From Planctomycetota bacterium (GTDB lineage: Bacteria > Planctomycetota > UBA1135 > UBA2386), in contig JBKAGP010000001.1 of NCBI GenBank assembly GCA_046290465.1, positions 1,088,001-1,152,000 of the forward strand: DNA of 64,000 nucleotides. The letters run 5' to 3'. Within the stretch, counting starts at the first letter, position 1, and every line of letters begins with the position of its first letter. The translations under genes and the position numbers were made by a program. Below, in pieces: positions 61,325-64,000 of this stretch. The notes beneath the pieces were generated by a model, which did not search any database, was not told the origin of the DNA, and saw only the letters and a list, made by a program, of their open reading frames with translations.

Positions 61325-62283
61325 TCCTTCGTCCGTCCTCCTACCTTGGCGCGGCCCTCGCCGCCGTCTGCCTGCTGCTGTTCGTACGCTGCGCGACGCA
61401 GCCCGACCCGACCCCCGCGCGGCCCGAACTGGTCGAGGCCGAAGCCTCGTCCGACGACCACATCGTCGTCGCCGGCCACCGCGTCGGCATCGGCACGCGC
61501 GTCGTCACCTGGCTCGAACCGGGCGGCTACAGCGCCTACCGCGAAGGCAAGCACTTCGACCACAGCGAGGGCCTCGACGGCAAGAAGCGCTACGGCACGC
61601 GCCCCGGTGACCCGCAGACGCTGGCCGAGGTGCAGGACACGGTGCACCAGTTCGTCGTGCACTACGACGTCTGCGGCACGTCGCGGCAGTGCTTCAAGAT
61701 CCTGCAGGATCACCGCAACCTGTCGGTGCACTTCATGCTCGACGTCGACGGCACGATCTACCAGACGCTCGACGTCAAGGAGCGCGCCTGGCACGCGACG
61801 ATCTCCAACGACCGCGCGGTCGGCATCGAGATCGCCCACCCCGGCGCCTGGCTGAGCCCGCTCAACGCCGACATGCGCCGCTGGTACGCGCAGGACGATC
61901 GCGGCTGGTTCATGAAGTTCCCCAAGTGGATGAAGGAGACCGGCGTGCGCACCACGGACTTCGTGCCGCGGCCGGACCGGCCCGAGTTCGTCAGCGGCGT
62001 CGTGCAGGGCAACGAGTACCACCAGTTCGACTTCACCCCGCAGCAGTACGCCGCGCTCGGCAAGCTGATCGCCGGCCTCAACGAAGCGCTGCCGCGCATC
62101 CGCATCGCGGCGCCGCGCGACCGCGAGGGCAACGTCGTCAACCACGTACTGCCGCGCTCGGACCTGCTCGCGTTCGACGGCATCGTCGGCCACTACCACG
62201 TGCAGAAGAACAAGCAGGACCCCGGCCCCGCCTTCCAGTGGGACCGCGTGCTGCGCGACGCGCGGACGATCCGCGAGCGCTAG
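61321..62283 (+). CDS. N-acetylmuramoyl-L-alanine amidase (Amidase_2), exported
   Basis: VVHY, SVHFMLD.DG.IYQ, AWHA, GIEI, FT..QY..L, GHYH, K.DPG; ATGA overlap with amidase gene. Confidence 0.9.
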   Translation: MILRPSSYLGAALAAVCLLLFVRCATQPDPTPARPELVEAEASSDDHIVVAGHRVGIGTRVVTWLEPGGYSAYREGKHFDHSEGLDGKKRYGTRPGDPQTLAEVQDTVHQFVVHYDVCGTSRQCFKILQDHRNLSVHFMLDVDGTIYQTLDVKERAWHATISNDRAVGIEIAHPGAWLSPLNADMRRWYAQDDRGWFMKFPKWMKETGVRTTDFVPRPDRPEFVSGVVQGNEYHQFDFTPQQYAALGKLIAGLNEALPRIRIAAPRDREGNVVNHVLPRSDLLAFDGIVGHYHVQKNKQDPGPAFQWDRVLRDARTIRER

Positions 62284-62366
62284 GAGCGCGTCCATGTCGT
62301 GGACGCGCTGCCAACCGGGATCGCGGAAGCGGCGTGTACGCGTGCGTACGGGGCTTTGCCTGCTAA
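62280..62366 (-). repeat. 87-bp dispersed REP/MITE-like element, copy 2
   Basis: Reverse-complement copy of 53129-53215; its ends contain the TAG stops of both flanking convergent genes. Confidence 0.85.
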
Positions 62367-63850
62367 CGGCTGCGGCCGTTGGCGCGGATCGCCTCGAGTT
62401 CGGCGCGCATCGCCGCGACGACCTCCGGATGGTCCGCGGCGACGTCGCGCGCCTCGCCGAGGTCGGCTTCGAGGTCGTAGAGCTGGAAGGGCGTGCCGAA
62501 CGGCTTGCCCTTGGGGCGCTCGCGGCCGCCGGAGCCGTTGCCGGCGACGAGCTTCCAGCGGCCCTTGCGCAGCGCGAACATGCCGGCCACCGAGTGGTGC
62601 ACTACCGGTGCGCGCGGGCTCGCACTCGCGCCGGTGCACGCCAGATCGAGGAAGCTGAAGCTGTCCTCGGCGGCGTCGTCGCGCAGCGGCACGTCCAGCA
62701 GATCGGCGCAGGTCGCGAAGAAGTCGGTCAGGCAGACGGTGGCGTCGACGCGCGCGCCGGCGGGCACCTGGCCCGGCCAACGCACGAACAACGGCACGCG
62801 GTGGCCGGCCTCCCAGATGTCGGCCTTGGTGCCGCGCAGCGGGCCGTTGGCGCGGTGGTGCTCGGGCCGGTAGCCCTGCACCGCGACGTCGTCGACGTGG
62901 TCCTTCTTGCCGGGCTCGTCGAAGCGGTACATGAACGAGCCGTTGTCGGACGTGTAGACCAGCAGCGTATCGTCGGCGACGCCGGCCTCGTCGAGCGCGC
63001 GCAGCAGCCGGCCGACGGCGTCGTCGACCTGGGTGACGAAGTCGCCGTAGTCCCCGAGCCCGGTCCTGCCGCGGAACTCCGGATGCGGCAGCACCGGCTT
63101 GTGCGGCGCCGGCAGCGGCAGGTAGAGGAAGAACGGCTGCTCGGTCGCGGCCCGTTCGCGCACGACGCCGCAGGCGTGGTCGACCAGGTGGCCGAGCACC
63201 TCTTCCATCACCAGGTCCTGGGCGCGCGGTCCCTTGCGCAAGAACGCCGGGAACCGCTGGCCCGGCTGTTCGACGACGCGCGGATCGGTGACCCTGCCGT
63301 CCTCGACGTAGACGTACGGCGGGAAGTCGAGCGACGCCGGGATGATGTAGCTGTGGTCGAAGCCGTGCACGTTCGGCGGGTCGCCGACCGGCCGTTCGAA
63401 GCGGATGTCGCCGTCGGGTCCCTTCGGCCAGCTCAGGCCGAGGTGCCACTTGCCGACCACGCTGGTGTGGTAGCCGGCATCGTGCAGCAGCGACGCAACC
63501 GTCTGCCGGCCGGCCTCGAGGACCGGCTTGCCGTAGCCGTTGATGACGCCGCGCTGCAATCGGCCGCGCCAGCAGTAGCGGCCGGTCAGCACGCCGTAGC
63601 GCGTCGGCGTGCAGACCGACGACGGCGTGTGCGCGTCGACGAAGGTCGTGCCGGCCGCAGCGAGGCCGTCGAGGTTCGGCGTCGGGATCGCCGACGCGGC
63701 GTTGAGCGCGTGCACGTCGCCGTAGCCCATGTCGTCGGCCAGCACGAACACGATGTTCGGCCGGCTCGGGCGGTCCTGCGGCGCCTGGCCGTCGGAGACG
63801 GCGCAGGCGGCGAACAGCGCGAACGGAACGACCGGCAGCAGGCTCTGCAT
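62363..63850 (-). CDS. Arylsulfatase (S1, Cys-type), probable lipoprotein
   Basis: PNIVFVLADDMGYGD, CTPTR..LTGRY, GKWHLG, PH.P, SDNG, G.K...EAGHRVP; lipobox-like FAAC. Confidence 0.95.
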   Translation of the reverse strand: MQSLLPVVPFALFAACAVSDGQAPQDRPSRPNIVFVLADDMGYGDVHALNAASAIPTPNLDGLAAAGTTFVDAHTPSSVCTPTRYGVLTGRYCWRGRLQRGVINGYGKPVLEAGRQTVASLLHDAGYHTSVVGKWHLGLSWPKGPDGDIRFERPVGDPPNVHGFDHSYIIPASLDFPPYVYVEDGRVTDPRVVEQPGQRFPAFLRKGPRAQDLVMEEVLGHLVDHACGVVRERAATEQPFFLYLPLPAPHKPVLPHPEFRGRTGLGDYGDFVTQVDDAVGRLLRALDEAGVADDTLLVYTSDNGSFMYRFDEPGKKDHVDDVAVQGYRPEHHRANGPLRGTKADIWEAGHRVPLFVRWPGQVPAGARVDATVCLTDFFATCADLLDVPLRDDAAEDSFSFLDLACTGASASPRAPVVHHSVAGMFALRKGRWKLVAGNGSGGRERPKGKPFGTPFQLYDLEADLGEARDVAADHPEVVAAMRAELEAIRANGRSR

Positions 63851-63944
63851 GGCCGCAGATGATGCTCGCGACCGGCCGACGAACCAAGGGTGCGAACGGC
63901 TCGCCACCCATGGCCGGCCGGCCGCCGCCGGCCGCCGCTGCCGA

Positions 63945-64000
63945 TCAGAAGCTCGACACGTAGCTGCGCACGCCGTTGCTCAGGATCATGCCGAACGCGT
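63945..64000 (-). CDS. 3' end of a gene truncated by the window edge (...AFGMILSNGVRSYVSSF*)
   Basis: Open frame to TGA at 63945-63947; ending resembles the SNG terminal motif of the 7443-9575 protein. Confidence 0.6.
   Translation of the reverse strand, partial: AFGMILSNGVRSYVSSF

Overview
High-GC bacterial chromosomal segment with about 50 protein-coding genes. No rRNA, tRNA, CRISPR array, transposase or phage gene was recognised. Gene content points to Planctomycetota (inference): a planctomycete-type cytochrome c domain, four ECF sigma factors including an ECF/Ser-Thr-kinase pair and a membrane-anchored ECF, and a sulfatase. Main blocks: (i) a GH3 acyl-amido synthetase facing a hybrid histidine kinase with an ETR1-like ethylene-binding domain; (ii) an ECF/STK region with secreted proteins and thioredoxins; (iii) a divergent AlgI/AlgJ-like O-acetylation pair; (iv) a 13-kb signalling island with a second ETR1-like kinase, two CheB-CheR fusions (one ending in GGDEF-EAL), a pseudo-histidine kinase and a Cache kinase; (v) hemerythrin-pilB-pilT-pilB-folE with short tandem repeats; (vi) a WaaP-like kinase/methyltransferase fusion plus a GT4; (vii) housekeeping hydrolases. 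Most notable: two ethylene-receptor-like sensors with intact Cu-binding residues, a shared C-terminal domain on unrelated secreted proteins (candidate sorting signal), a WbdD/WarAB-like glycan-capping fusion, an 87-bp dispersed (C/T)TAG-bounded element that overlaps stop codons, and two pseudo-enzymes. All family assignments come from motif recognition by eye; no database searches were run.
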